Origin: Heptranchias perlo
Lineage: Eukaryota
DNA length: 64,000 nt
Assembly (NCBI RefSeq): GCF_035084215.1
Contig: NC_090330.1
Span: 96,906,001 to 96,970,000 of the forward strand
Direction of reading: 5' to 3'
The notes under the pieces are model-generated. The model was given only the letters and a program-made list of their open reading frames with translations. It searched no databases and had not been told where the DNA came from. Both the position numbers and the translations under genes were made by a program. Below, one piece after another: positions 63,300 through 64,000 of this stretch (position 1 is its first letter; each line of letters begins with the position of its first letter).

Positions 63300-63800
63300 A
63301 CTCCTGCATCTTCATTCAGATCTCGCTTCAACAAACAATTAGTGTGTGCAGAGGTTCCTGTTCGTAAAGGAAGCTAGGCAGACTCGACAGCATCACTAAC
63401 ATATGGGACTATCTCACTGTTCCTCGGAAGCACCTCAGTCACAGTGCTTCTTTCTCTCAGTGATCTACATAAAAGAAGACCTGCCAAGGTGATCAAGATC
63501 CAGTATATTCTAATTGGCCCTAGCACATCTACCAGGCAATGATCGTAGAGGGCATAAAGTAACGATCAGCAGATAGCTAGATGCGGAGCTGTGTCGCTCA
63601 TGGCAAGGACAACAGCAACTACCATGCAACAAATAGCTGGCAAATCCAATGACCGGAATGGCTTCACCTCCTTGCAGGAATGCTACAATACTGACCTATG
63701 TGGACGGTGTCATGGAGCAACACAGAGGGCCATCCTCCTTCTATGTCACCTCATGCAGCATCATGTCCACTTCAGCAAACTCATGTTTACACCTTGGGTT
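63300..63800 (+). mobile_element. Possible decayed gag-like ORF1 of an I/Jockey-group LINE
   Basis: Cys/His remnants (LCGRCHG..LLCHL..H) in ORF 63591-63860; weak. Confidence 0.2.
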
Positions 63801-64000
63801 TTCTTTCCCTTTTTTTTTGCCAGTCATTTCTTAGTCACCTCACCCTTCAGCCTTGACTAATGCTGCTATTGAGCCTTTCCAAAGGCTTTCAGAATTTTTG
63901 TCTCCTTATTCTAAGACTACCCTCTCCAATTCTGTCATACCCCAGCATTCTCCCCAGTACTACCATAGCCTGAGGCTCCTTTCACAGTTTTACCACATCT

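Overview
Repeat-rich vertebrate genomic DNA with no recognisable intact host gene. The repeat mix (CR1 and L2 LINEs, tRNA-headed Deu-type SINEs, Harbinger transposons, Neptune-type Penelope-like elements) suggests a cartilaginous fish; this is inference. The main feature is a young Penelope-like element (PLE) inserted as a 3.7-kb head-to-head palindrome (39029-42784). Its two 1832-bp arms each carry an open RT + GIY-YIG frame and a minimal hammerhead ribozyme, followed by a one-sided 3' tail and a 12-bp TSD. Five short insertions of the same family (633, 12632, 14756, 18079, 51901) share this layout: TSD, antisense arm starting 35-61 nt inside the 3' end, sense arm, tail, TSD. Together they point to priming of both target strands on the element RNA. 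Also notable is a TSD-bounded ~3.2-kb CR1-group LINE with a tRNA-like head and no ORF1 (5137-8311), inserted into a SINE that shares its head and tail. Many decayed or deleted Harbinger elements (Myb/SANT + HARBI1-type transposase) and MITEs fill the rest. Boundaries of old repeats are approximate.
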